From Paracoccaceae bacterium (GTDB taxonomy: Bacteria; Pseudomonadota; Alphaproteobacteria; Rhodobacterales; Rhodobacteraceae): 63,743 nucleotides of DNA. Of this stretch, positions 1-9,898 are shown piece after piece. The DNA is taken from assembly GCA_014859945.1 (NCBI GenBank), contig JACZKR010000377.1:1-63743 (forward strand), given 5' to 3'. Under the pieces are notes generated by a model. That model had not been told where the DNA came from, searched no databases, and was given only the letters and a program-made list of their open reading frames with translations. Both the position numbers and the translations under genes were made by a program. The first letter of the stretch is position 1; the number at the start of each line of letters is the position of its first letter.

Positions 1-203
1 GTCTTGCGGATGGCCTCGTCGGCGCTGCCCTCACGCGAGTTCAGGGCCACCGCGATCACCGGCGCGCCGCTGGCCGCCGCGCGCGCCGCCGCCTCGGGCC
101 GGGTCGCTACCACCACCCGCATCTGCCCAGCAGCAAAGGGAACCGCGGCGTCCAGCGCGCCGGTCAGGTCATCGGCAAGAATGGCAAGGGAAATCAGGCT
201 CAT
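1..203 (-). CDS. Four-carbon acid sugar kinase family (DUF1537/DtnK-like), 5' part only; runs off the window start
   Basis: Not in the ORF track. Translation from ATG at 203 gives MSLISLAILADDLTGALDAAVPF...VIAVALNSR, containing the ADDLTGAxD motif of this family. Confidence 0.8.
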   Translation of the reverse strand, partial: MSLISLAILADDLTGALDAAVPFAAGQMRVVVATRPEAAARAAASGAPVIAVALNSREGSADEAIRK

Positions 204-274
204 GTCCGCGCTGCATGGTTTCACCCACGCTACGCGCTGACCTGTAAACTTGCAATATATTTGTAATGCGCCCG

Positions 275-1219
275 CTAGCGGGGCGCCCAATCCAGCACCG
301 GGCCAGCCGGCACGATGCCCGTCGGGTTCAGCTTGCCGATCGAGTAGTAGCCGCGCTTGATGTGATCAAGGTTCACCGTCCCGGCGACGCCCGGCAGCGC
401 CAGAACCCGGCGCAGATAGCGGCTGAGCAAAGGATAATCCGCGATCCGCCGCAGGTTGCATTTGAAAAGCCCGTGGTAGGCCACGTCAAAGCGCACCAGA
501 GTCACGAAGGCGCGGATGTCGGTTTCGGTGAACCGGTCGCCCAGCAGCCAGTTGCGCCCGTCCGACAGCCGTTCCTCCAGCGCGTCCAGCGCCTGAAACA
601 CCTCGGCCACCGCTTCATCATAGGCGACCTGCGTCGTTGCAAAGCCGGCGCGATAGACGCCGTTGTTCAGGCGCGGATAGATGAAGTCGTTCAGCGCCTC
701 GATCTGGTCGGTCAGGTCGTCGGGCCGCAGGTCGGGGCCGCTGGCCAGCGCGCCGAAACCGCGGTTGAACATCTGCAGGATATCGGCGCTTTCGTTTGAA
801 ACGATGGTGCCTGTCGCCTTGTCCCACAGCACCGGCACCGTGGCCCGCCCGGTAAAGATCGGGTCGGCGGCGGTGTAGATTTCATGCATGTGGCCGGCAC
901 CGTTCACCGCATCGGCCCCTTCGGCAAAGCGCCAGCCCTGCGGCGTCAGCGCGGGTTCGACGACCGAGATGCTGATGGCAGCCTCAAGCCCCTTCAGCTT
1001 GCGGGCGATCAGCGTGCGGTGCGCCCAGGGGCAGATCAGCGCGACGTAAAGGTGATAGCGCCCGGCCTCGGCGGCAAAGCCCCCCGTCCCGGTCGGGCCG
1101 GGGGCGCCATCGGGCGTGACCCAGTTGCGGAAGCTGGAAATCTGACGGACGAAACCGCCCTTGGCGTCGGTGGCCTGCACCGGCTGCCAGTCTTCGGTCC
1201 ATTTCCCTTCGATCAGCAT
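275..1219 (-). CDS. Glutathionyl-hydroquinone reductase (omega/Xi-class GST, YqjG-like)
   Basis: GRYHLYVALICPWAHR, TVPVLWD, NNGVYRAGFA, RFDVAYHGLFKCN motifs. Confidence 0.92.
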   Translation of the reverse strand: MLIEGKWTEDWQPVQATDAKGGFVRQISSFRNWVTPDGAPGPTGTGGFAAEAGRYHLYVALICPWAHRTLIARKLKGLEAAISISVVEPALTPQGWRFAEGADAVNGAGHMHEIYTAADPIFTGRATVPVLWDKATGTIVSNESADILQMFNRGFGALASGPDLRPDDLTDQIEALNDFIYPRLNNGVYRAGFATTQVAYDEAVAEVFQALDALEERLSDGRNWLLGDRFTETDIRAFVTLVRFDVAYHGLFKCNLRRIADYPLLSRYLRRVLALPGVAGTVNLDHIKRGYYSIGKLNPTGIVPAGPVLDWAPR

Positions 1220-1220
1220 G

Positions 1221-2033
1221 TCAGGCCGCCTTCTGCTGCAGGGTTACCGGCGTGCCCCAGGGGTCGGCAAAGCTGTCGCCACCAGCGCGGGCGGCAATCG
1301 CCTGATGCTCGGCCGCGTCGGTCAGCAGCACCAGTTCCGACAGCCCGGTTGAGGGCAGGGCCCGCGGCCCCGCACCCCGGCTGTTCCAGACATTGGCGCC
1401 GATGTGGTGATGATAGCCGCCCGAACCAAAGAAGGCCGCGCCCGGATATTGTGCCATCACCGGCAGCCCGATGACATCGCGCCAGAAGGTCGTCGCCTCG
1501 GTCACATCACCGGCCTGCAGATGCACATGGCCCACCACGGCGCCTTCGGGGGCGCCCTGCCACGGGCCGGTGGCCGCGTTGGCCAGATCGTTCAGGTCCA
1601 GCGCCTCGGTGCCCATCTTCAGCCGCCCGCCGGCGTCAAACCAGCCCAGCCGCGGCCGGTCGGCATAAACTTCGATCCCGTTGCCTTCGGGGTCGGCCAG
1701 ATAGATCGCCTCGCTGACAAGGTGGTCTGACGCGCCCTGCAACGGCAGCTTGCTGTTGGCGGCGTGAATCAGCCAGGCCCCCAGTGCGGCGCGCGACGGC
1801 ATCAGGAAAGCGGTGTGAAACAACCCCGCTTCGCGCCGGCCGGCGGGGCGGGCGGCAGGATCGCCGCGCAGTTCCAGCAGAACCCGGTCGCCCGCGCCCA
1901 GCCGCACGACTTCGCCATCGGCCGACAGCGGCGTCAGGCCAAGCGTGGTCTGGTAGAAGTTCCGCATCGCAGGCAGGTCGCGCACCGTCAGGGCGACGTG
2001 GCCGATCTCGACAGGGGCAGCAGCGGTGGACAT
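1221..2033 (-). CDS. VOC family protein, catechol 2,3-dioxygenase CatE-like
   Basis: IGHVALTV, GLFHTAFL, DHLVSEAIYLADPEGNGIEVY, GGYHHHIGANVW; start placed at MSTAAAP. Confidence 0.88.
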   Translation of the reverse strand: MSTAAAPVEIGHVALTVRDLPAMRNFYQTTLGLTPLSADGEVVRLGAGDRVLLELRGDPAARPAGRREAGLFHTAFLMPSRAALGAWLIHAANSKLPLQGASDHLVSEAIYLADPEGNGIEVYADRPRLGWFDAGGRLKMGTEALDLNDLANAATGPWQGAPEGAVVGHVHLQAGDVTEATTFWRDVIGLPVMAQYPGAAFFGSGGYHHHIGANVWNSRGAGPRALPSTGLSELVLLTDAAEHQAIAARAGGDSFADPWGTPVTLQQKAA

Positions 2034-2207
2034 GGGCGGCTCCGGAGGGTTGCTGGTGTTGCCCTCAACCTGCGCCCGCCCCGGCCAAAGCGCAATTCCG
2101 CATCCCGGCAGAGCGTCCTGCACATCAGGGCACAACCGGCGCTTTGCGCAGTGGCGAAGCTGCGGCATGCTGAGGGCATTTCAGGCAGCATTTGACGGGG
2201 GTTTGCG

Positions 2208-3446
2208 ATGGAAGAGGTGGATGTTGTCATCATCGGCGCCGGGGCGGCCGGGCTTGCCGCCGCCAAGGTGCTGCGTGCCACGGGCCGCAGCTTTCGCGTG
2301 ATCGAGGCGATGGACCGCATCGGGGGCCGGGCCTGGACCACCAGCACCGATTTCGGCGTGCCCTTCGACATCGGCTGCGCCTGGCTGCATGCCGCCGACC
2401 GCAATCCCTTCTTCCCCGAGGCGCAGGCGGCGGGCTGGACGCTTTACCATCACGACATGGGGCTGGACCATCTGTGGTTCGGCAACCGGCCCGCCAGCGC
2501 CGACGAAATGGCGCGCATGCAGGCCGCCGATGCCACGCTGAACGCCGCCCTTGCCGCCCATGCGGGGGCCGAGGACCGGCTTTCGGCGCTGATCGGCGAT
2601 TGCCATTGTCTGCGAGCCAATTCCACCTTCGCGGGGCAGATGGATTTCGGCGCCGATGACGATGAAATCTCGATCGCCGATTTCCGCAACGCGGCCGATC
2701 TGGACCCGAACTATTTCACCAAGGAAGGTTTCGGCGCGCTGATCCACCGGTGGGGCGCCGATGTGCCGGTGACGCTGTCCACCCCCGTGCGCCGCATTCG
2801 CTGGGATGGGCCGGGGGTGGTGGCCGAAACCCCCGCCGGTTCGCTGCGGGCGAAGGTGGCACTGGTCACGGTATCAACCGGCGTGATGCAGTTTGAGGAT
2901 CTGAGCTTCTTTCCCGCCCTGCCCGACAGCCATCTGGCGGCGATCTTCGACCTGCAGATGGGGCTTCTGACCAAGATCCCCGTGACGCTCAGCGGTACGC
3001 GCCTTGGGCTGCGGGCCTTCGACGACCTGCTGATCGAACGGCCGGCGCGGCATGACCTGTTCTTCCTGTGCTTTCCCTTCGATCTTGACCTGATGGTGGG
3101 CTTCGTCGGCGGCGATTTCGCATGGGAGATCGAGGCAGCAGGCCCCGCCGCTGCGGTCGATTTTGTGACCGACCGTCTGGCAGACCTCTTCGGCAGCGAT
3201 GTGCGCCGCCATGTCGGCCACGGCATCATGACCAACTGGGGTGGCGAACGCTGGACGCGCGGCGCCTATGCGGCGGCGCGTCCGGGCCGGGCCGAAGCGC
3301 GGGCCGTTCTGGCCCGCCCCGTCGGCGACCGCATCTGGTTTGCCGGTGAGGCGCTGGCCCAGGGCCTGATGCAGACCGCCGCCGGCGCCCGCCTGTCGGG
3401 CGAGGCCGCAGCGCGGGCGATCAGTGCCGCCCTGCCGGCGCTCTAA
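2208..3446 (+). CDS. Flavin monoamine oxidase family FAD-dependent oxidoreductase
   Basis: GAGAAGL Rossmann motif, EAMDRIGGR, FDIGCAWLH, WFAGEA. Confidence 0.88.
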   Translation: MEEVDVVIIGAGAAGLAAAKVLRATGRSFRVIEAMDRIGGRAWTTSTDFGVPFDIGCAWLHAADRNPFFPEAQAAGWTLYHHDMGLDHLWFGNRPASADEMARMQAADATLNAALAAHAGAEDRLSALIGDCHCLRANSTFAGQMDFGADDDEISIADFRNAADLDPNYFTKEGFGALIHRWGADVPVTLSTPVRRIRWDGPGVVAETPAGSLRAKVALVTVSTGVMQFEDLSFFPALPDSHLAAIFDLQMGLLTKIPVTLSGTRLGLRAFDDLLIERPARHDLFFLCFPFDLDLMVGFVGGDFAWEIEAAGPAAAVDFVTDRLADLFGSDVRRHVGHGIMTNWGGERWTRGAYAAARPGRAEARAVLARPVGDRIWFAGEALAQGLMQTAAGARLSGEAAARAISAALPAL

Positions 3447-4954
3447 CGCAGGTCCTCGGGCAGCAGGTCTTCTGGCATGTTCTGATAGCTGACCGGCCGC
3501 AGGAAGCGGCGGATCGCCATGGTCCCGACCGAGGTCGCGCCGAAATTGGTCGAGGCCGGGTAGGGCCCGCCATGCACCATCGCATCGCACACCTCGACGC
3601 CGGTCGGATAGCCGTTGGCCAGAACCCGGCCGGCCTTGCGTTCCAGCACCGGCATCAGCCGGCGGGCCAGCGCGCTGTCGCCGGCGTCCAGATGCAGGGT
3701 GGCCGTCAGCTGGCCTTCGAAACTGCGGGCGATCTGTACCATTTCCTCGGCATCAGTGGCGGTCACGATCAGCCCCAGCGGCCCGAAGACCTCTTCGCCC
3801 AGCACATGATTGCCCAGCCAGTCGGCGCCGCGCACCTGGAACAGCTGCGGCGTGGCCTGCCGGCGGTCGCAGACCTGCGTCAGAAGCTCGCGGACGCCCG
3901 GCGCGGCGGCAATACGGTCGCGGCCCTGCACATATGCGGCGGCGATTCCTTCGGTCAGCATCACCTGCGCGCCGGTTGCCGCCAGCGCGGCCTGCGCGGC
4001 CTGCGCAAAGGCGGCGGCCTGCGCCTCCAGCACGACGGCGATGCCCGGGTTGGTGCAGAATTGCCCGGCACCCAGTGTCAGGCTGCCGGCCCAGCCCTGC
4101 GCAATCGCCGCCCCGCGCGCGGCCACCGCTTCGGGCAGAAGGAACATCGGGTTGACCGAGCCCAACTCGCCAAAGAACGGAATCGGGTCGGGCCGCGCGG
4201 CGCACAGGTTGAACAGCGCCCGCCCCCCGGCCAGACTGCCGGTAAAGCCCACGGCGCGGATCAGCGGATGGGTCACCAGCGCCTCGCCCACGGCGCGGTT
4301 TCCGCCCTGAATCAGGCTGAAGACGCCGGGATGAACACCGGCGCGGGCGATGGCGGCGTGAACCGCCTCGGCCACAATCTCACCGGTGCCGGGATGGGCG
4401 GAATGGCCCTTGACCACCACCGGGCAACCGGCCGCCAGCGCGCTGGCTGTGTCACCCCCGGCGGTCGAGAAGGCGAGCGGAAAGTTCGACGCGCCGAACA
4501 CCGCCACCGGGCCGATGGGCCGTTGCATCAGCCGGATATCGGGGCGCGGGGCGGGCTGGCGGTCGGGCAGGGCGGCATCATGCCGGCGGTCCAGATAATC
4601 GCCCTTGCGGATGTGGCTGGCAAACAGCCGCAACTGTCCGGTCGTCCGCCCGCGTTCGCCCTGAAGCCGGGCAGCGGGAAGGCCGGTTTCCTGACTGCCG
4701 ATTTCGGTGATGGCTTCGGCCCGCGCCTCAATCTCATCGGCGATCAGGTCAAGGAAGGCCGCGCGTTGGTCCCGCGTGGTCTGGCCATAGCTTTCAAACG
4801 CCGCCTCGGCCGCTTCGCAGGCCTCGGCCGTCAGTTCCGCCGTTCCCACCGAAAACGCATGCGCCGGCCCATGCGCCGGGTCCGAGGTGAAGGTGGCAGC
4901 AGAGGCAACCCATTTGCCGGCGATCAGATGTTTGCCATGGGGCGTGAAGGTCAT
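3443..4954 (-). CDS. Aldehyde dehydrogenase (NADP+), alpha-ketoglutaric semialdehyde dehydrogenase-like
   Basis: VFGASNFPLAFSTAGGDTASALAAGCPV, GFTGS, GQFCTNPG, EEVFGP; lies in the oxidative pentose cluster. Confidence 0.92.
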   Translation of the reverse strand: MTFTPHGKHLIAGKWVASAATFTSDPAHGPAHAFSVGTAELTAEACEAAEAAFESYGQTTRDQRAAFLDLIADEIEARAEAITEIGSQETGLPAARLQGERGRTTGQLRLFASHIRKGDYLDRRHDAALPDRQPAPRPDIRLMQRPIGPVAVFGASNFPLAFSTAGGDTASALAAGCPVVVKGHSAHPGTGEIVAEAVHAAIARAGVHPGVFSLIQGGNRAVGEALVTHPLIRAVGFTGSLAGGRALFNLCAARPDPIPFFGELGSVNPMFLLPEAVAARGAAIAQGWAGSLTLGAGQFCTNPGIAVVLEAQAAAFAQAAQAALAATGAQVMLTEGIAAAYVQGRDRIAAAPGVRELLTQVCDRRQATPQLFQVRGADWLGNHVLGEEVFGPLGLIVTATDAEEMVQIARSFEGQLTATLHLDAGDSALARRLMPVLERKAGRVLANGYPTGVEVCDAMVHGGPYPASTNFGATSVGTMAIRRFLRPVSYQNMPEDLLPEDLR

Positions 4955-4980
4955 CGGAAGGCTCCTTTTCGGCGGCGGAG

Positions 4981-5030
4981 CCGGGGGTTTCGCACCCCCG
5001 GACCCCCGCGGGATATTTGGAGAGAGAGGA
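4981..5030. repeat. Intergenic palindromic repeat (REP/RPE-like)
   Basis: CCGGGGG-TTTCGCA-CCCCCGG hairpin followed by ACCCCCGCGGGATATTT and a purine tail; resembles dispersed repeats of Rhodobacteraceae (recalled); one copy in the window. Confidence 0.55.
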
Positions 5031-5035
5031 TGAGG

Positions 5036-5959
5036 TCAGAAGTGGAAGGGCGCGGTGATCTCGCGCCGGCCCAGTGTCATGGCGTCGGAAACATGAACCA
5101 TGGGCGCCAGATCGACCTCGCTTTCGCCTTTGGCCACCAGTTCGGCCATGCGGGCATAAAGCGCGGGGTATTCGCCCATGATGGTGTTTTCGCCACCGGC
5201 CGGCTGGCCGTCGATTTCCAGCACATTGCCGCCCATCCGCAGCGTCAGGCAGCCGGCGTCGGTATCCACCTCGATGTCCCAGGTCTGCGGGCCTTCCTGC
5301 CGCCAGTCGAAATCGGCGGTGACACCGCCCGAAAAGGTCAGGGCCGCCGCGATGGGGGTCTGGCGGTTTTCCGGAAAGGTCAGCGAGGCGGCGGTCAGGT
5401 GAACCGGGGCGGGCAGGATATGCGTCAGGATCGACAGCGCGTTGATGCCCGGGTCAAAGACCCCCATCCCGCCGGGTTCGAACACCCAGTTCTGACCGGG
5501 ATGCCATTTGCGCACATCCTCGCGCCAGGTGATATGGGCGCGCAGCACCCGCCTGTCGGCCAGCCAGGCGCGGGCGGGGGCAACGGCATGGGCCATGCGG
5601 CTGTGCCAGGTGGTGTAGAGCGTCAGCCCCCTTTCGGCGGCCAGCGCCTGAAGCGCATGCACCTCGGCCAGCGTGGCGCCGGGGGGCTTTTCCAGCATCA
5701 CATGGCGCCCGGCCTTCAGCGCCGCCTCGGCATAGGCAAAGCGCGGCACCGGCGGCAGCGCCAGCGAGACGACGGATACATCGGGGCAATCGCGCAGGAA
5801 GGCCGCGAAATCGGTAAAGCCGGGCACCCCCGCCACCGAGCCGTGGCGCGAGACGGTTGCGGCCAATTCCCAGTCGGGGCTGGCCTGAATGGCCGGCACA
5901 TGCTGATCGACCGCGATCTTGCCGATGCCGACAAGGGCAACAGGAAGCGGTAGCGGCAT
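5036..5959 (-). CDS. Gfo/Idh/MocA oxidoreductase, galactose/L-arabinose 1-dehydrogenase-like
   Basis: GIGKIAVDQH, LEKPPG, WREDVRKWHPGQ, GVFDPGINALS. Confidence 0.9.
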   Translation of the reverse strand: MPLPLPVALVGIGKIAVDQHVPAIQASPDWELAATVSRHGSVAGVPGFTDFAAFLRDCPDVSVVSLALPPVPRFAYAEAALKAGRHVMLEKPPGATLAEVHALQALAAERGLTLYTTWHSRMAHAVAPARAWLADRRVLRAHITWREDVRKWHPGQNWVFEPGGMGVFDPGINALSILTHILPAPVHLTAASLTFPENRQTPIAAALTFSGGVTADFDWRQEGPQTWDIEVDTDAGCLTLRMGGNVLEIDGQPAGGENTIMGEYPALYARMAELVAKGESEVDLAPMVHVSDAMTLGRREITAPFHF

Positions 5960-7701
5960 CAGTGCGAATCCCGGCCCACCGGCGCGCCGCGGCAGCCTTT
6001 CAGGAAATCAAGGTCGGCCCCGGTATCGGCGCCCTGCACATGTTGCTGATGCAGCCAGGCGTAACCGCTTTCGTATTGCTCATGGAGCGGCTTCCACGCG
6101 GCCAGCCGGGCGGCCAGTTCGGCGTCCGAAATGTCCAGATGCAGGCGGCGGTTCGGCACGTCCAGCTCGATGAAGTCGCCGTTCTTCACCACAGCCAGCG
6201 GACCGCCGGCCGCCGCCTCGGGCGAGGTGTGCAGGCAGACGGTGCCATAGGCGGTGCCCGACATCCGCGCATCGGAAATGCGCACCATATCGGTGATGCC
6301 CTTGCGCAGCACCTTGGGCGGCAGGCCCATGTTGCCCACTTCGGCCATGCCTGGATAGCCCTTTGGCCCGCAGTTCTTCAGGACCATGATGCAGGTCTCG
6401 TCAATGTCGAGCGCTTCATCGTTGATCTTGGCCTTGTAGTCGTCGATATCCTCGAACACCACGGCGCGGCCGCGGTGGGTCAGCAGATGCGCCGACGCGG
6501 CCGAGGGCTTCAGCACCGCCCCTTTCGGCGCCAGGTTGCCCTTCAGCACCACGATACCGCCCGACTGGGTCAGCGCCTTTTCGGCCGGAAGGATCACGTC
6601 ATCGTTGTGGTTGGTCACATCCTTGACCTGATCCCACATCGTCTCGCCCGAAACCGTCAGGGCGTCCTTGTGCAGAAGCCCCGCTTCGCCCAGCCGCTTG
6701 ATGACCACGGGCAGGCCGCCGGCATAGAAGAACTCTTCCATCAGGTACTTGCCCGAAGGCATCAGGTTCACCACCGTCGGCACATCGCGCCCGCAGCGGT
6801 CCCAGTCGTCCAGCGTCAGGTCCACCCCCACCCGGCCGGCGATGGCCAGAAGGTGGATCACCGCATTGGTGCTGCCGCCGATGGCGGCGTTGGTGCGGAT
6901 GGCGTTCTCAAACGCCTCTTTCACCATCACGTCCGAAGGCTTCAGGTCGTCCTTGACCATCTGCACGATGCGGCGGCCCGACATTTGCGCCATGACGCGG
7001 CGGCGGCTGTCCACCGCCGGGATCGCGGCATTGCCTGACAGCGCCATGCCCAGCGCCTCGGCCATGCTGGCCATCGTGCTGGCGGTGCCCATGGTGTTGC
7101 ACGAGCCCGCGCTGCGCGACATGCTGGCTTCGGCTTCGGCGAATTCCTCGGCCGTCATCTCACCGGCCTTCACGGCTTCCGAGAATTTCCACAGATGGGT
7201 GCCCGAGCCCACCCGTTCCCCCTTGTAATAGCCGTTCAGCATCGGCCCGCCGGTGACGACGATCGACGGCAGGTCGGTAGAGGCGGCAGCCATCAGCAGG
7301 CTGGGCGTGGTCTTGTCGCAGCCCACCAGCAGCACGCAGCCATCCATCGGCTGCCCGCGCATCTGCTCTTCCACCGACATCGCGGCAAGGTTGCGGAACA
7401 TCATCGCCGTCGGCCGGAACGCACTTTCCGAGGTGGAAAACGCAGGCACCTCTACCGGGAAGCCGCCGGCCTCATACACCCCGCGCTTCACGAATTCGGC
7501 CAGCACGTTCAGATGGGCGTTGCAGGGGGTCAGCTCCGACCAGGTGTTCAGGATGCCGATCACCGGGCGGCCGTCGAACAGGTCATGCGGAAAGCCCTGA
7601 TTCTTCATCCAGCCGCGGTGATAGATCTGGTCGCGGCCGGTGCCGCCGAACCATTCGGTTGAACGCAGCTTGCGGGGCCAGGGGGCGGGCTTGAAGGTCA
7701 T
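5959..7701 (-). CDS. IlvD/Edd family sugar-acid dehydratase (L-arabinonate dehydratase-like)
   Basis: NTWSELTPCN, GCDKTTP, CNTMGTASTM, GGSTNA, SDARMSGT; start at MTFKPAPW after a GAGG RBS. Confidence 0.92.
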   Translation of the reverse strand: MTFKPAPWPRKLRSTEWFGGTGRDQIYHRGWMKNQGFPHDLFDGRPVIGILNTWSELTPCNAHLNVLAEFVKRGVYEAGGFPVEVPAFSTSESAFRPTAMMFRNLAAMSVEEQMRGQPMDGCVLLVGCDKTTPSLLMAAASTDLPSIVVTGGPMLNGYYKGERVGSGTHLWKFSEAVKAGEMTAEEFAEAEASMSRSAGSCNTMGTASTMASMAEALGMALSGNAAIPAVDSRRRVMAQMSGRRIVQMVKDDLKPSDVMVKEAFENAIRTNAAIGGSTNAVIHLLAIAGRVGVDLTLDDWDRCGRDVPTVVNLMPSGKYLMEEFFYAGGLPVVIKRLGEAGLLHKDALTVSGETMWDQVKDVTNHNDDVILPAEKALTQSGGIVVLKGNLAPKGAVLKPSAASAHLLTHRGRAVVFEDIDDYKAKINDEALDIDETCIMVLKNCGPKGYPGMAEVGNMGLPPKVLRKGITDMVRISDARMSGTAYGTVCLHTSPEAAAGGPLAVVKNGDFIELDVPNRRLHLDISDAELAARLAAWKPLHEQYESGYAWLHQQHVQGADTGADLDFLKGCRGAPVGRDSH

Positions 7702-7708
7702 GATGTCC

Positions 7709-8698
7709 TCAAAGGGGGCTGACGGCACAGGCTTCGGGCTGGCCGGGGTCTTGGACAAGGGGATTGCTCAGCGGCAGGCCGAAGTCGGCGACCTCGATCT
7801 GGAACACATCGCCGGGCCGGGTGGTCACGCCATCGGCAAAAGAAAGCGTGGCCGTGCCGAAGAAATGCACATGCAGATCGCCGGGCTGGCGGAAGATGCC
7901 GTATTTGAAATGGTGATGTTCCAGGTTCGCCAGGCTGTGGCTCATGTTCGCCTCACCCGACAGGAACGGCTTTTCCCAGATCACCTTGCCGTCGCGCAGG
8001 ATGCGGCTTTGGCCTTCGACATGGTCGGGCAGCGGGCCAAGCCGCAGTTCGGGGCCAAAGCTCGCAGGGCGCAGCTTGGAATGCGCCAGCCACAGATAAT
8101 TCCCCCGCTCGGTCACATGGTCGGAAAACTCGTTGCCCAGGGCGAAGCCAAGGCGGAAGGGCGTGCCATCGGGGCCGATCAGGTAGATGCCCGCAACCTC
8201 GGGTTCTTCCCCCGCATCCAGCGCGAAACCCGGCGACACAAGGGCCGCCCCCGGGGCCGTCGCGGCATGGCCGTTGCCCTTGTAGAACCACTCGGGCTGC
8301 ACCCCCACCGCGCCCGGCGCGGGCCGGCCGCCTTCAAGCCCCATGCGGAACATCTTCATGCTGTCCGTCATCTGCTCGGGGTCGGCCTTGGCATGCATCG
8401 CATCGCGCGCCGAGGCCGAGCCGAGATGGGTCAGCCCGGTGCCCGTCAGGTGCATATGCGCGGGGTCGGCATGATCGGCGGGCAGCAGAACCCGGCCCGC
8501 CTCCAGAAGGGCAGGCAGATCGACCGCCTCACCCTTGCCGCGCGCGACGGCCTCATCCGCCAGGCTGCGGCCAGCGGCAATCGCCGCTTCGGCCAGTGCG
8601 ACGACCGACGTGGCCCCGGGCACGACATGCGCCGCAGCGCCCTGGCGCAGCACGACTGCGCGGCTGCCGTCGGAATTGCGGATCTGGGAAAGGAACAT
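7709..8698 (-). CDS. gguC: AraD1/GguC family protein (FAH superfamily)
   Basis: GTGLTHLGSA, QPEWFYKG, EEPEVAG, GNEFSDH, LAHSKLR; follows the mmsB permease. Confidence 0.85.
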   Translation of the reverse strand: MFLSQIRNSDGSRAVVLRQGAAAHVVPGATSVVALAEAAIAAGRSLADEAVARGKGEAVDLPALLEAGRVLLPADHADPAHMHLTGTGLTHLGSASARDAMHAKADPEQMTDSMKMFRMGLEGGRPAPGAVGVQPEWFYKGNGHAATAPGAALVSPGFALDAGEEPEVAGIYLIGPDGTPFRLGFALGNEFSDHVTERGNYLWLAHSKLRPASFGPELRLGPLPDHVEGQSRILRDGKVIWEKPFLSGEANMSHSLANLEHHHFKYGIFRQPGDLHVHFFGTATLSFADGVTTRPGDVFQIEVADFGLPLSNPLVQDPGQPEACAVSPL

Positions 8699-8700
8699 GG

Positions 8701-9885
8701 TCAGCCCTGCTTGCGCTTGTTGTAAACGTCGAAGAACACCGCAGCCAGCAGCACCAGCCCCTTGATGACCTGCTGGTAATCAATGCCGATGCCCAGAATG
8801 GACATGCCGTTGTTCATCACCCCCATGATGAAGGCCCCGACTACCGCACCGACGATCTTGCCGGACCCGCCCGACATCGAGGCGCCGCCGATAAAGACGG
8901 CCGCGATCACGTCCAGTTCCACGCCAAAGCCCGCCTTGGGCGTCGCGGTGTTCAGCCGCGCGGCAAAGACCAGCCCGCCCAGCGCCGCCAGAAGCCCCAT
9001 GTTGACGAAGGTCAGGAAGGCCAGCCGCTCGGTCTTGATGCCCGACAGCTTCGATGCCTTTTCATTCCCGCCCAGCGCATAGATGCGCCGGCCCAGCGTG
9101 GTGCGCTCGGTCAGGAAGGCGTAGATCACCGTCAGCACCACCATCGAGATCAGCACGTTCGGCAGCCCGCGAAAGCCTGCCAGCTTCCAGATCACGAACA
9201 TCAGCGCCGCCGCGATGATGGCGTTGCGCGCCCAGAAGAAGGCCGCCGGTTCATCCTCGATGCCGTATTGCGCGTTGCGGGCGCGGGTCTTCAGCCCCAT
9301 CCAGACCAGCACGCCCACCGCGATCACCCCGGCGGCCAGCGCCAGGATGTTCGGCTTGCCGCTGCCGATCAGGTCGGGGATGAAGCCGTTCGACAGCGCC
9401 TGAAAGCTTTTCGGGAAGGGGCCGACCGACTGGCCCTCCAGCAGCCACAGCGACAGGCCGCGAAAGACCAGCATCCCCGCCAGCGTCACGATGAACGAAG
9501 GGATGCGCCAGAAGGCCACGAAATAGCCCTGCGCCGCGCCGATCGCCGCGCCTGCCAGCAGGCACAGCGGAATGGCCACCGCCACCGGCAGGCTCCATTC
9601 CACCAGCATCACCGCCGCCAGCGCGCCGACAAAACCCATGACCGAGCCGACCGACAGGTCGATATGCCCGGCCACGATGACAAGCAGCATCCCCAGCGCC
9701 ATGATGATGATATAGCTGTTCTGCAGGAACAGGTTGGTGATGTTGACCGGGCGCAGCAGCACCCCCTCGGTCACGATCTGGAAAAAGACCATGATGGCGA
9801 TCAGGGCAAACAGAAGCCCGTATTCGCGCATGTGCTTCAGCAGATAGGCAGCAATGCCGCCGCCGGTTGCGTTCGGCTGGTTCAT
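8701..9885 (-). CDS. mmsB: Multiple monosaccharide ABC transporter permease
   Basis: GHIDLSVGS, GRRIYALGGNEKASKLSGI, ELDVIAAVFIGG; hydrophobic; in operon with chvE. Confidence 0.92.
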   Translation of the reverse strand: MNQPNATGGGIAAYLLKHMREYGLLFALIAIMVFFQIVTEGVLLRPVNITNLFLQNSYIIIMALGMLLVIVAGHIDLSVGSVMGFVGALAAVMLVEWSLPVAVAIPLCLLAGAAIGAAQGYFVAFWRIPSFIVTLAGMLVFRGLSLWLLEGQSVGPFPKSFQALSNGFIPDLIGSGKPNILALAAGVIAVGVLVWMGLKTRARNAQYGIEDEPAAFFWARNAIIAAALMFVIWKLAGFRGLPNVLISMVVLTVIYAFLTERTTLGRRIYALGGNEKASKLSGIKTERLAFLTFVNMGLLAALGGLVFAARLNTATPKAGFGVELDVIAAVFIGGASMSGGSGKIVGAVVGAFIMGVMNNGMSILGIGIDYQQVIKGLVLLAAVFFDVYNKRKQG

Positions 9886-9898
9886 CCGGCTTTCCCCC

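Noticed and set aside
3572-5953. 793-aa + strand ORF and similar long ORFs (16191-18806, 19319-21148, 48409-50262, 55059-57314, 58547-61678)
   Set aside because: Antisense shadows of well-supported genes in high-GC DNA; no recognisable motifs.
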